Origin: Macrostomum lignano
Taxonomy: Eukaryota
Direction of reading: 5' to 3'
Assembly: GCA_002269645.1 (NCBI GenBank)
Contig: NIVC01000684.1
Location: 124,001-188,000 of the forward strand
DNA length: 64,000 nt
Below the pieces are notes generated by a model. That model searched no databases. It was not told the origin of the DNA and saw only the letters and a list, made by a program, of their open reading frames with translations. Both the position numbers and the translations under genes were made by a program. This document shows, piece by piece, positions 39,301 through 52,572 of this stretch (position 1 is its first letter; every line of letters starts with the position of its first letter).

Positions 39301-42300
39301 AAGCTACCTGAGATTTACCTGTTACACAGTGCAGAAGCTACCTGAGATTTACCTGTTACACAGTGCAGAAGCTACCTGAGATTTACCTGTTACACAGTGC
39401 AGAAGCTACCTGAGATTTACCTGTTACACAGTGCAGAAGCTACCTGAGATTTACCTGTTACACAGTGCAGAAGCTACCTGAGATTTACCTGTTACACAGT
39501 GCAGAAGCTACCTGAGATTTACCTGTTACACAGTGCAGAAGCTACCTGAGATTTACCTGTTACACAGTGCAGAAGCTACCTGAGATTTACCTGTTACACA
39601 GTGCAGAAGCTACCTGAGATTTACCTGTTACACAGTGCAGAAGCTACCTGAGATTTACCTGTTACACAGTGCAGAAGCTACCTGAGATTTACCTGTTACA
39701 CAGTGCAGAAGCTACCTGAGATTTACCTGTTACACAGTGCAGAAGCTACCTGAGATTTACCTGTTACACAGTGCAGAAGCTACCTGAGATTTACCTGTTA
39801 CACAGTGCAGAAGCTACCTGAGATTTACCTGTTACACAGTGCAGAAGCTACCTGAGATTTACCTGTTACACAGTGCAGAAGCTACCTGAGATTTACCTGT
39901 TACACAGTGCAGAAGCTACCTGAGATTTACCTGTTACACAGTGCAGAAGCTACCTGAGATTTACCTGTTACACAGTGCAGAAGCTACCTGAGATTTACCT
40001 GTTACACAGTGCAGAAGCTACCTGAGATTTACCTGTTACACAGTGCAGAAGCTACCTGAGATTTACCTGTTACACAGTGCAGAAGCTACCTGAGATTTAC
40101 CTGTTACACAGTGCAGAAGCTACCTGAGATTTACCTGTTACACAGTGCAGAAGCTACCTGAGATTTACCTGTTACACAGTGCAGAAGCTACCTGAGATTT
40201 ACCTGTTACACAGTGCAGAAGCTACCTGAGATTTACCTGTTACACAGTGCAGAAGCTACCTGAGATTTACCTGTTACACAGTGCAGAAGCTACCTGAGAT
40301 TTACCTGTTACACAGTGCAGAAGCTACCTGAGATTTACCTGTTACACAGTGCAGAAGCTACCTGAGATTTACCTGTTACACAGTGCAGAAGCTACCTGAG
40401 ATTTACCTGTTACACAGTGCAGAAGCTACCTGAGATTTACCTGTTACACAGTGCAGAAGCTACCTGAGATTTACCTGTTACACAGTGCAGAAGCTACCTG
40501 AGATTTACCTGTTACACAGTGCAGAAGCTACCTGAGATTTACCTGTTACACAGTGCAGAAGCTACCTGAGATTTACCTGTTACACAGTGCAGAAGCTACC
40601 TGAGATTTACCTGTTACACAGTGCAGAAGCTACCTGAGATTTACCTGTTACACAGTGCAGAAGCTACCTGAGATTTACCTGTTACACAGTGCAGAAGCTA
40701 CCTGAGATTTACCTGTTACACAGTGCAGAAGCTACCTGAGATTTACCTGTTACACAGTGCAGAAGCTACCTGAGATTTACCTGTTACACAGTGCAGAAGC
40801 TACCTGAGATTTACCTGTTACACAGTGCAGAAGCTACCTGAGATTTACCTGTTACACAGTGCAGAAGCTACCTGAGATTTACCTGTTACACAGTGCAGAA
40901 GCTACCTGAGATTTACCTGTTACACAGTGCAGAAGCTACCTGAGATTTACCTGTTACACAGTGCAGAAGCTACCTGAGATTTACCTGTTACACAGTGCAG
41001 AAGCTACCTGAGATTTACCTGTTACACAGTGCAGAAGCTACCTGAGATTTACCTGTTACACAGTGCAGAAGCTACCTGAGATTTACCTGTTACACAGTGC
41101 AGAAGCTACCTGAGATTTACCTGTTACACAGTGCAGAAGCTACCTGAGATTTACCTGTTACACAGTGCAGAAGCTACCTGAGATTTACCTGTTACACAGT
41201 GCAGAAGCTACCTGAGATTTACCTGTTACACAGTGCAGAAGCTACCTGAGATTTACCTGTTACACAGTGCAGAAGCTACCTGAGATTTACCTGTTACACA
41301 GTGCAGAAGCTACCTGAGATTTACCTGTTACACAGTGCAGAAGCTACCTGAGATTTACCTGTTACACAGTGCAGAAGCTACCTGAGATTTACCTGTTACA
41401 CAGTGCAGAAGCTACCTGAGATTTACCTGTTACACAGTGCAGAAGCTACCTGAGATTTACCTGTTACACAGTGCAGAAGCTACCTGAGATTTACCTGTTA
41501 CACAGTGCAGAAGCTACCTGAGATTTACCTGTTACACAGTGCAGAAGCTACCTGAGATTTACCTGTTACACAGTGCAGAAGCTACCTGAGATTTACCTGT
41601 TACACAGTGCAGAAGCTACCTGAGATTTACCTGTTACACAGTGCAGAAGCTACCTGAGATTTACCTGTTACACAGTGCAGAAGCTACCTGAGATTTACCT
41701 GTTACACAGTGCAGAAGCTACCTGAGATTTACCTGTTACACAGTGCAGAAGCTACCTGAGATTTACCTGTTACACAGTGCAGAAGCTACCTGAGATTTAC
41801 CTGTTACACAGTGCAGAAGCTACCTGAGATTTACCTGTTACACAGTGCAGAAGCTACCTGAGATTTACCTGTTACACAGTGCAGAAGCTACCTGAGATTT
41901 ACCTGTTACACAGTGCAGAAGCTACCTGAGATTTACCTGTTACACAGTGCAGAAGCTACCTGAGATTTACCTGTTACACAGTGCAGAAGCTACCTGAGAT
42001 TTACCTGTTACACAGTGCAGAAGCTACCTGAGATTTACCTGTTACACAGTGCAGAAGCTACCTGAGATTTACCTGTTACACAGTGCAGAAGCTACCTGAG
42101 ATTTACCTGTTACACAGTGCAGAAGCTACCTGAGATTTACCTGTTACACAGTGCAGAAGCTACCTGAGATTTACCTGTTACACAGTGCAGAAGCTACCTG
42201 AGATTTACCTGTTACACAGTGCAGAAGCTACCTGAGATTTACCTGTTACACAGTGCAGAAGCTACCTGAGATTTACCTGTTACACAGTGCAGAAGCTACC

Positions 42301-45300
42301 TGAGATTTACCTGTTACACAGTGCAGAAGCTACCTGAGATTTACCTGTTACACAGTGCAGAAGCTACCTGAGATTTACCTGTTACACAGTGCAGAAGCTA
42401 CCTGAGATTTACCTGTTACACAGTGCAGAAGCTACCTGAGATTTACCTGTTACACAGTGCAGAAGCTACCTGAGATTTACCTGTTACACAGTGCAGAAGC
42501 TACCTGAGATTTACCTGTTACACAGTGCAGAAGCTACCTGAGATTTACCTGTTACACAGTGCAGAAGCTACCTGAGATTTACCTGTTACACAGTGCAGAA
42601 GCTACCTGAGATTTACCTGTTACACAGTGCAGAAGCTACCTGAGATTTACCTGTTACACAGTGCAGAAGCTACCTGAGATTTACCTGTTACACAGTGCAG
42701 AAGCTACCTGAGATTTACCTGTTACACAGTGCAGAAGCTACCTGAGATTTACCTGTTACACAGTGCAGAAGCTACCTGAGATTTACCTGTTACACAGTGC
42801 AGAAGCTACCTGAGATTTACCTGTTACACAGTGCAGAAGCTACCTGAGATTTACCTGTTACACAGTGCAGAAGCTACCTGAGATTTACCTGTTACACAGT
42901 GCAGAAGCTACCTGAGATTTACCTGTTACACAGTGCAGAAGCTACCTGAGATTTACCTGTTACACAGTGCAGAAGCTACCTGAGATTTACCTGTTACACA
43001 GTGCAGAAGCTACCTGAGATTTACCTGTTACACAGTGCAGAAGCTACCTGAGATTTACCTGTTACACAGTGCAGAAGCTACCTGAGATTTACCTGTTACA
43101 CAGTGCAGAAGCTACCTGAGATTTACCTGTTACACAGTGCAGAAGCTACCTGAGATTTACCTGTTACACAGTGCAGAAGCTACCTGAGATTTACCTGTTA
43201 CACAGTGCAGAAGCTACCTGAGATTTACCTGTTACACAGTGCAGAAGCTACCTGAGATTTACCTGTTACACAGTGCAGAAGCTACCTGAGATTTACCTGT
43301 TACACAGTGCAGAAGCTACCTGAGATTTACCTGTTACACAGTGCAGAAGCTACCTGAGATTTACCTGTTACACAGTGCAGAAGCTACCTGAGATTTACCT
43401 GTTACACAGTGCAGAAGCTACCTGAGATTTACCTGTTACACAGTGCAGAAGCTACCTGAGATTTACCTGTTACACAGTGCAGAAGCTACCTGAGATTTAC
43501 CTGTTACACAGTGCAGAAGCTACCTGAGATTTACCTGTTACACAGTGCAGAAGCTACCTGAGATTTACCTGTTACACAGTGCAGAAGCTACCTGAGATTT
43601 ACCTGTTACACAGTGCAGAAGCTACCTGAGATTTACCTGTTACACAGTGCAGAAGCTACCTGAGATTTACCTGTTACACAGTGCAGAAGCTACCTGAGAT
43701 TTACCTGTTACACAGTGCAGAAGCTACCTGAGATTTACCTGTTACACAGTGCAGAAGCTACCTGAGATTTACCTGTTACACAGTGCAGAAGCTACCTGAG
43801 ATTTACCTGTTACACAGTGCAGAAGCTACCTGAGATTTACCTGTTACACAGTGCAGAAGCTACCTGAGATTTACCTGTTACACAGTGCAGAAGCTACCTG
43901 AGATTTACCTGTTACACAGTGCAGAAGCTACCTGAGATTTACCTGTTACACAGTGCAGAAGCTACCTGAGATTTACCTGTTACACAGTGCAGAAGCTACC
44001 TGAGATTTACCTGTTACACAGTGCAGAAGCTACCTGAGATTTACCTGTTACACAGTGCAGAAGCTACCTGAGATTTACCTGTTACACAGTGCAGAAGCTA
44101 CCTGAGATTTACCTGTTACACAGTGCAGAAGCTACCTGAGATTTACCTGTTACACAGTGCAGAAGCTACCTGAGATTTACCTGTTACACAGTGCAGAAGC
44201 TACCTGAGATTTACCTGTTACACAGTGCAGAAGCTACCTGAGATTTACCTGTTACACAGTGCAGAAGCTACCTGAGATTTACCTGTTACACAGTGCAGAA
44301 GCTACCTGAGATTTACCTGTTACACAGTGCAGAAGCTACCTGAGATTTACCTGTTACACAGTGCAGAAGCTACCTGAGATTTACCTGTTACACAGTGCAG
44401 AAGCTACCTGAGATTTACCTGTTACACAGTGCAGAAGCTACCTGAGATTTACCTGTTACACAGTGCAGAAGCTACCTGAGATTTACCTGTTACACAGTGC
44501 AGAAGCTACCTGAGATTTACCTGTTACACAGTGCAGAAGCTACCTGAGATTTACCTGTTACACAGTGCAGAAGCTACCTGAGATTTACCTGTTACACAGT
44601 GCAGAAGCTACCTGAGATTTACCTGTTACACAGTGCAGAAGCTACCTGAGATTTACCTGTTACACAGTGCAGAAGCTACCTGAGATTTACCTGTTACACA
44701 GTGCAGAAGCTACCTGAGATTTACCTGTTACACAGTGCAGAAGCTACCTGAGATTTACCTGTTACACAGTGCAGAAGCTACCTGAGATTTACCTGTTACA
44801 CAGTGCAGAAGCTACCTGAGATTTACCTGTTACACAGTGCAGAAGCTACCTGAGATTTACCTGTTACACAGTGCAGAAGCTACCTGAGATTTACCTGTTA
44901 CACAGTGCAGAAGCTACCTGAGATTTACCTGTTACACAGTGCAGAAGCTACCTGAGATTTACCTGTTACACAGTGCAGAAGCTACCTGAGATTTACCTGT
45001 TACACAGTGCAGAAGCTACCTGAGATTTACCTGTTACACAGTGCAGAAGCTACCTGAGATTTACCTGTTACACAGTGCAGAAGCTACCTGAGATTTACCT
45101 GTTACACAGTGCAGAAGCTACCTGAGATTTACCTGTTACACAGTGCAGAAGCTACCTGAGATTTACCTGTTACACAGTGCAGAAGCTACCTGAGATTTAC
45201 CTGTTACACAGTGCAGAAGCTACCTGAGATTTACCTGTTACACAGTGCAGAAGCTACCTGAGATTTACCTGTTACACAGTGCAGAAGCTACCTGAGATTT

Positions 45301-48300
45301 ACCTGTTACACAGTGCAGAAGCTACCTGAGATTTACCTGTTACACAGTGCAGAAGCTACCTGAGATTTACCTGTTACACAGTGCAGAAGCTACCTGAGAT
45401 TTACCTGTTACACAGTGCAGAAGCTACCTGAGATTTACCTGTTACACAGTGCAGAAGCTACCTGAGATTTACCTGTTACACAGTGCAGAAGCTACCTGAG
45501 ATTTACCTGTTACACAGTGCAGAAGCTACCTGAGATTTACCTGTTACACAGTGCAGAAGCTACCTGAGATTTACCTGTTACACAGTGCAGAAGCTACCTG
45601 AGATTTACCTGTTACACAGTGCAGAAGCTACCTGAGATTTACCTGTTACACAGTGCAGAAGCTACCTGAGATTTACCTGTTACACAGTGCAGAAGCTACC
45701 TGAGATTTACCTGTTACACAGTGCAGAAGCTACCTGAGATTTACCTGTTACACAGTGCAGAAGCTACCTGAGATTTACCTGTTACACAGTGCAGAAGCTA
45801 CCTGAGATTTACCTGTTACACAGTGCAGAAGCTACCTGAGATTTACCTGTTACACAGTGCAGAAGCTACCTGAGATTTACCTGTTACACAGTGCAGAAGC
45901 TACCTGAGATTTACCTGTTACACAGTGCAGAAGCTACCTGAGATTTACCTGTTACACAGTGCAGAAGCTACCTGAGATTTACCTGTTACACAGTGCAGAA
46001 GCTACCTGAGATTTACCTGTTACACAGTGCAGAAGCTACCTGAGATTTACCTGTTACACAGTGCAGAAGCTACCTGAGATTTACCTGTTACACAGTGCAG
46101 AAGCTACCTGAGATTTACCTGTTACACAGTGCAGAAGCTACCTGAGATTTACCTGTTACACAGTGCAGAAGCTACCTGAGATTTACCTGTTACACAGTGC
46201 AGAAGCTACCTGAGATTTACCTGTTACACAGTGCAGAAGCTACCTGAGATTTACCTGTTACACAGTGCAGAAGCTACCTGAGATTTACCTGTTACACAGT
46301 GCAGAAGCTACCTGAGATTTACCTGTTACACAGTGCAGAAGCTACCTGAGATTTACCTGTTACACAGTGCAGAAGCTACCTGAGATTTACCTGTTACACA
46401 GTGCAGAAGCTACCTGAGATTTACCTGTTACACAGTGCAGAAGCTACCTGAGATTTACCTGTTACACAGTGCAGAAGCTACCTGAGATTTACCTGTTACA
46501 CAGTGCAGAAGCTACCTGAGATTTACCTGTTACACAGTGCAGAAGCTACCTGAGATTTACCTGTTACACAGTGCAGAAGCTACCTGAGATTTACCTGTTA
46601 CACAGTGCAGAAGCTACCTGAGATTTACCTGTTACACAGTGCAGAAGCTACCTGAGATTTACCTGTTACACAGTGCAGAAGCTACCTGAGATTTACCTGT
46701 TACACAGTGCAGAAGCTACCTGAGATTTACCTGTTACACAGTGCAGAAGCTACCTGAGATTTACCTGTTACACAGTGCAGAAGCTACCTGAGATTTACCT
46801 GTTACACAGTGCAGAAGCTACCTGAGATTTACCTGTTACACAGTGCAGAAGCTACCTGAGATTTACCTGTTACACAGTGCAGAAGCTACCTGAGATTTAC
46901 CTGTTACACAGTGCAGAAGCTACCTGAGATTTACCTGTTACACAGTGCAGAAGCTACCTGAGATTTACCTGTTACACAGTGCAGAAGCTACCTGAGATTT
47001 ACCTGTTACACAGTGCAGAAGCTACCTGAGATTTCCTGTTACACAGTGCAGAAGCTACCTGAGATTTACCTGTTACACAGTGCAGAAGCTACCTGAGATT
47101 TACCTGTTACACAGTGCAGAAGCTACCTGAGATTTACCTGTTACACAGTGCAGAAGCTACCTGAGATTTACCTGTTACACAGTGCAGAAGCTACCTGAGA
47201 TTTACCTGTTACACAGTGCAGAAGCTACCTGAGATTTACCTGTTACACAGTGCAGAAGCTACCTGAGATTTACCTGTTACACAGTGCAGAAGCTACCTGA
47301 GATTTACCTGTTACACAGTGCAGAAGCTACCTGAGATTTCCTGTTACACAGTGCAGAAGCTACCTGAGATTTACCTGTTACACAGTGCAGAAGCTACCTG
47401 AGATTTACCTGTTACACAGTGCAGAAGCTACCTGAGATTTACCTGTTACACAGTGCAGAAGCTACCTGAGATTTACCTGTTACACAGTGCAGAAGCTACC
47501 TGAGATTTACCTGTTACACAGTGCAGAAGCTACCTGAGATTTACCTGTTACACAGTGCAGAAGCTACCTGAGATTTACCTGTTACACAGTGCAGAAGCTA
47601 CCTGAGATTTACCTGTTACACAGTGCAGAAGCTACCTGAGATTTACCTGTTACACAGTGCAGAAGCTACCTGAGATTTACTGTTACACAGTGCAGAAGCT
47701 ACCTGAGATTTACTGTTACACAGTGCAGAAGCTACCTGAGATTTACCTGTTACACAGTGCAGAAGCTACCTGAGATTTACCTGTTACACAGTGCAGAAGC
47801 TACCTGAGATTTACCTGTTACACAGTGCAGAAGCTACCTGAGATTTACCTGTTACACAGTGCAGAAGCTACCTGAGATTTACCTGTTACACAGTGCAGAA
47901 GCTACCTGAGATTTACCTGTTACACAGTGCAGAAGCTACCTGAGATTTACCTGTTACACAGTGCAGAAGCTACCTGAGATTTACTGTTACACAGTGCAGA
48001 AGCTACCTGAGATTTACTGTTACACAGTGCAGAAGCTACCTGAGATTTACTGTTACACAGTGCAGAAGCTACCTGAGATTTACTGTTACACAGTGCAGAA
48101 GCTACCTGAGATTTACCTGTTACACAGTGCAGAAGCTACCTGAGATTTACCTGTTACACAGTGCAGAAGCTACCTGAGATTTCCTGTTACACAGTGCAGA
48201 AGCTACCTGAGATTTACCTGTTACACAGTGCAGAAGCTACCTGAGATTTACCTGTTACACAGTGCAGAAGCTACCTGAGATTTACCTGTTACACAGTGCA

Positions 48301-51103
48301 GAAGCTACCTGAGATTTACCTGTTACACAGTGCAGAAGCTACCTGAGATTTACCTGTTACACAGTGCAGAAGCTACCTGAGATTTACCTGTTACACAGTG
48401 CAGAAGCTACCTGAGATTTACCTGTTACACAGTGCAGAAGCTACCTGAGATTTACCTGTTACACAGTGCAGAAGCTACCTGAGATTTACCTGTTACACAG
48501 TGCAGAAGCTACCTGAGATTTACCTGTTACACAGTGCAGAAGCTACCTGAGATTTACCTGTTACACAGTGCAGAAGCTACCTGAGATTTACCTGTTACAC
48601 AGTGCAGAAGCTACCTGAGATTTACCTGTTACACAGTGCAGAAGCTACCTGAGATTTACCTGTTACACAGTGCAGAAGCTACCTGAGATTTACCTGTTAC
48701 ACAGTGCAGAAGCTACCTGAGATTTACCTGTTACACAGTGCAGAAGCTACCTGAGATTTACCTGTTACACAGTGCAGAAGCTACCTGAGATTTACCTGTT
48801 ACACAGTGCAGAAGCTACCTGAGATTTACCTGTTACACAGTGCAGAAGCTACCTGAGATTTACCTGTTACACAGTGCAGAAGCTACCTGAGATTTACCTG
48901 TTACACAGTGCAGAAGCTACCTGAGATTTACCTGTTACACAGTGCAGAAGCTACCTGAGATTTCCTGTTACACAGTGCAGAAGCTACCTGAGATTTACCT
49001 GTTACACAGTGCAGAAGCTACCTGAGATTTACCTGTTACACAGTGCAGAAGCTACCTGAGATTTACCTGTTACACAGTGCAGAAGCTACCTGAGATTTAC
49101 CTGTTACAGTGCAGAAGCTACCTGAGATTTACCTGTTACACAGTGCAGAAGCTACCTGAGATTTACCTGTTACACAGTGCAGAAGCTACCTGAGATTTAC
49201 CTGTTACACAGTGCAGAAGCTACCTGAGATTTACCTGTTACACAGTGCAGAAGCTACCTGAGATTTCCTGTTACACAGTGCAGAAGCTACCTGAGATTTA
49301 CCTGTTACACAGTGCAGAAGCTACCTGAGATTTCCTGTTACACAGTGCAGAAGCTACCTGAGATTTCCTGTTACACAGTGCAGAAGCTACCTGAGATTTC
49401 CTGTTACACAGTGCAGAAGCTACCTGAGATTTACCTGTTACACAGTGCAGAAGCTACCTGAGATTTACCTGTTACACAGTGCAGAAGCTACCTGAGATTT
49501 CCTGTTACACAGTGCAGAAGCTACCTGAGATTTCCCTGTTACACAGTGCAGAAGCTACCTGAGATTTCCTGTTACACAGTGCAGAAGCTACCTGAGATTT
49601 ACCTGTTACACAGTGCAGAAGCTACCTGAGATTTCCTGTTACACAGTGCAGAAGCTACCTGAGATTTACCTGTTACACAGTGCAGAAGCTACCTGAGATT
49701 TCCTGTTACACAGTGCAGAAGCTACCTGAGATTTACCTGTTACACAGTGCAGAAGCTACCTGAGATTTCCTGTTACACAGTGCAGAAGCTACCTGAGATT
49801 TCCCTGTTACACAGTGCAGAAGCTACCTGAGATTTCCTGTTACACAGTGCAGAAGCTACCTGAGATTTCCTGTTACACAGTGCAGAAGCTACCTGAGATT
49901 TACCTGTTACACAGTGCAGAAGCTACCTGAGATTTACCTGTTACACAGTGCAGAAGCTACCTGAGATTTACCTGTTACACAGTGCAGAAGCTACCTGAGA
50001 TTTACCTGTTACACAGTGCAGAAGCTACCTGAGATTTACCTGTTACACAGTGCAGAAGCTACCTGAGATTTCCCTGTTACACAGTGCAGAAGCTACCTGA
50101 GATTTACCTGTTACACAGTGCAGAAGCTACCTGAGATTTACCTGTTGGACAGTGCAGAAGCTACCTGAGATTTACCTGTTGGACAGTGCAGAAGCTACCT
50201 GAGATTTACCTGTTGGACAGTGCAGAAGCTACCTGAGATTTACCTGTTACACAGTGCAGAAGCTACCTGAGATTTACCTGTTACACAGTGCAGAAGCTAC
50301 CTGAGATTTACCTGTTACACAGTGCAGAAGCTACCTGAGATTTACCTGTTACACAGTGCAGAAGCTACCTGAGATTTACCTGTTACACAGTGCAGAAGCT
50401 ACCTGAGATTTACCTGTTACACAGTGCAGAAGCTACCTGAGATTTACCTGTTACACAGTGCAGAAGCTACCTGAGATTTACCTGTTACACAGTGCAGAAG
50501 CTACCTGAGATTTACATGTTGGACAGTGCAGAAGCTACCCGAGATTTACTTGTTACACAGTGCAGAAGCTACCTGAGATTTCCCTGTTACACAGTGCAGA
50601 AGCTACCTGAGATTTACCTGTTGGATAGTGCAGACTGATATAGCCTGTTACATAAGCATGCAGTGTCGATAAAATCTTAACTAATAGACATTTTACCTGT
50701 TTTACCTGTTACCCCACTCTGAATCCGAGTTCAGCAGGCCTGGGCCCGCGCACCTTCAGCATGGGCAGCCGGCAGCACTCGGGCCTTCAGCTCAGCCGCA
50801 TCAAACAGGCAGTGGCATCGGCTGCACAGCACTACGGTCACTGCCGGCGCGGACTTCGACCGGTCTCTTATCAGCAGAAGAGCCTGGACCTCTGGGGCTC
50901 TATGGACGTTGATGATGATCAGGTTGCTAGTGGAGGAGGAGACGGCGCCTCTGCTGCTATTACTGGCACCGCTCCCGTCACATCGCAGGCCTCGAAGCCA
51001 ATCGATAGTGCGGCAGATTTTCGCGTGCGATCCTATTCGTCCTGCAGCCCGGCTGATCGACGCCGCCTGCCTCGAGGAGTTGGAGGAAGCGGCGAGCCAG
51101 GCG

Positions 51104-51137
<34 letters not shown>

Positions 51138-51261
51138 CCAGCACATGGAAATTGTTGGCGCCGGTGGCATCTGCTTTGGCAGCACCGCCTCGGCCAGCAG
51201 GGCAGCTCGTATTCGGAAGCTTCAACCGGCTACGAGCGCTCTGGATGAGAGAGCCGAATAA
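21377..51261 (+). CDS. IRS/DOK-like PH-PTB adaptor protein, ~527 aa; exons 21377-21583, 22258-22611, 24316-24811, 50735(or 50738)-51261
   Basis: Kozak CCGCCATGG, with GT-AG junctions in phases 0, 0 and 1. A PH-like N-terminus (…LLALTFQRDWILMRFGSASDFHRWSERL) is followed by an IRS-type PTB-like segment (RLVLSLTSCELHL…LRRCQKDDDSVRIQFG…ILQEALMGAI). The low-complexity tail has basic Ser motifs (RQRKIS, PRTFSMGS, RVRSYS). Linking the last exon across 26 kb is inferred from phase and motif content. Confidence 0.65.
22596..23768. repeat. 24-bp (some 22-bp) minisatellite GGAGATGGATCTGCAG|GTGAGAG(A/G), ~50 copies, spanning the exon 2 donor of the IRS-like gene
   Basis: Directly visible. The first unit contains the end of exon 2 (GEMDLQ) and the GT donor at 22612. 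Confidence 0.95.
24823..50636. repeat. 34-bp satellite ACCTGTTACACAGTGCAGAAGCTACCTGAGATTT, ~25.8 kb, ~760 copies, filling intron 3 of the IRS-like gene
   Basis: Directly visible. Variant units (TTGGAC, TTCCC, TACTTG, 1-bp deletions) cluster at both edges; the core from ~28.5 to 47 kb appears invariant. Confidence 0.98.
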
Positions 51262-51483
51262 ATACCGTAGTTAAAACTTCATCGCGTTGGTCGTTATGGT
51301 AACGTTTATCGCACTGTATCACTGTATGTTTGTTTTTTTAATAGCTATATAGGATCTTTACATGTGGTACTTTTGCTTCTATAGTAAACAACATTGCATC
51401 ATCTTTAATAAGGTTTTTTGCAGCCCATTGAGCCTACGCGCATTGAATTTAATCCAAGATATGTTTTTTTAACGGAATGGAAC

Positions 51484-52572
51484 TTTTGTCTATGGTAGCA
51501 AGGCTGGCACAGCGGGATTTAATTTTTGGTCCAACAAGCATCAATTTGGTCCAACAAGCATCAATTTGGTCCAACAAGCATCAATTTGGTCCAACAAGCA
51601 TCAATTTGGTCCAACAAGCATCAATTTGGTCCAACAAGCATCAATTTGGTCCAACAAGCATCAATTTGGTCCAACAAGCATCAATTTGGTCCAACAAGCA
51701 TCAATTTGGTCCAACAAGCATCAATTTGGTCCAACAAGCATCAATTGGGTCCAACAAGCATCAATTTGGTCCAACAAGCATCAATTTGGTCCAACAAGCA
51801 TCAATTTGGTCCAACAAGCATCAATTTGGTCCAACAAGCATCAATTTGGTCCAACAAGCATCAATTGGGTCCAACAAGCATCAATTTGGTCCAACAAGCA
51901 TCAATTTGGTCCAACAAGCATCAATTGGTCCAACAAGCATCAATTTGGTCCAACAAGCATCAATTTGGTCCAACAAGCATCAATTTGGTCCAACAAGCAT
52001 CAATTTGGTCCAACAAGCATCAATTTGGTCCAACAAGCATCAATTTGGTCCAACAAGCATCAATTTGGTCCAACAAGCATCAATTTGGTCCAAAAGCTCG
52101 TGAGCCATTCGGCAAACTCTTGCCTTCTGGCAACTGTCTGCAGGTTGTTGCGTACTGCTGGCATGTCAGCGTGTCTACCAACAATCTTCAGTCGCTTTTC
52201 CAGAGCTCGATCTGCTCCGAGTCGAAATCTGATAACCAACCGGAACTGTTCCTTCAACTTCTGCTGCATTTTCTGCACCGTCAACAGAGGGTTTCTCAAC
52301 TGCATCGAGTAGCAGTTGGACCTGAGGCTCTTGAGCAACTTGCCTTGGTGATTTCCAGCCTTTCGCAGACAACCTCTGCCGGCAGTGGTTTCAACGCGCT
52401 GATGGATGCTGTAAATCATCTTTTCTACTATATTCAGCAAAATTTTGTTGACCTCTGTCGAGCGCTTCGATCACAAGCCAATGGGTTCGACAGCCTAGCA
52501 TCTATGGACCAAATTGATGTTTGTTGGACCAAATTAAATGCCGCTGTGCCAACCTTGCTACCATAGACAAAA
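51484..52572 (-). mobile_element. Internally deleted Tc1/mariner-like DNA transposon with ~65-bp inverted ends
   Basis: TTTTGTCTATGGTAGCAAGGCTGGCACAGCGG…TTGGTCCAACAAGCATCAATTTGGTCC (from 51484) is inverted at ~52505-52572. The internal minus ORF 52060-52440 (…LRNPLLTVQKMQQKLKEQ…RLKIVGRHADMPAVRNNL…RRQEFAEW) resembles the Tc1 DNA-binding region. No clear TA TSD was found. A third terminal copy lies at ~52740-52810. Confidence 0.6.
51528..52092. repeat. 20-bp minisatellite (GGTCCAACAAGCATCAATTT)n, ~28 copies
   Basis: Directly visible. The unit equals the inner part of the inverted terminal repeat of the enclosing element. Confidence 0.96.

Noticed and set aside
24823-50636. 34-bp repeats as a CRISPR array
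   Set aside because: The length is CRISPR-like, but units are head-to-tail with no unique spacers, there are no cas genes, and the context is eukaryotic.
51477-52566. Plus-strand ORFs of 208-346 aa
   Set aside because: A 20-bp repeat translation fused to the antisense of the transposase remnant.
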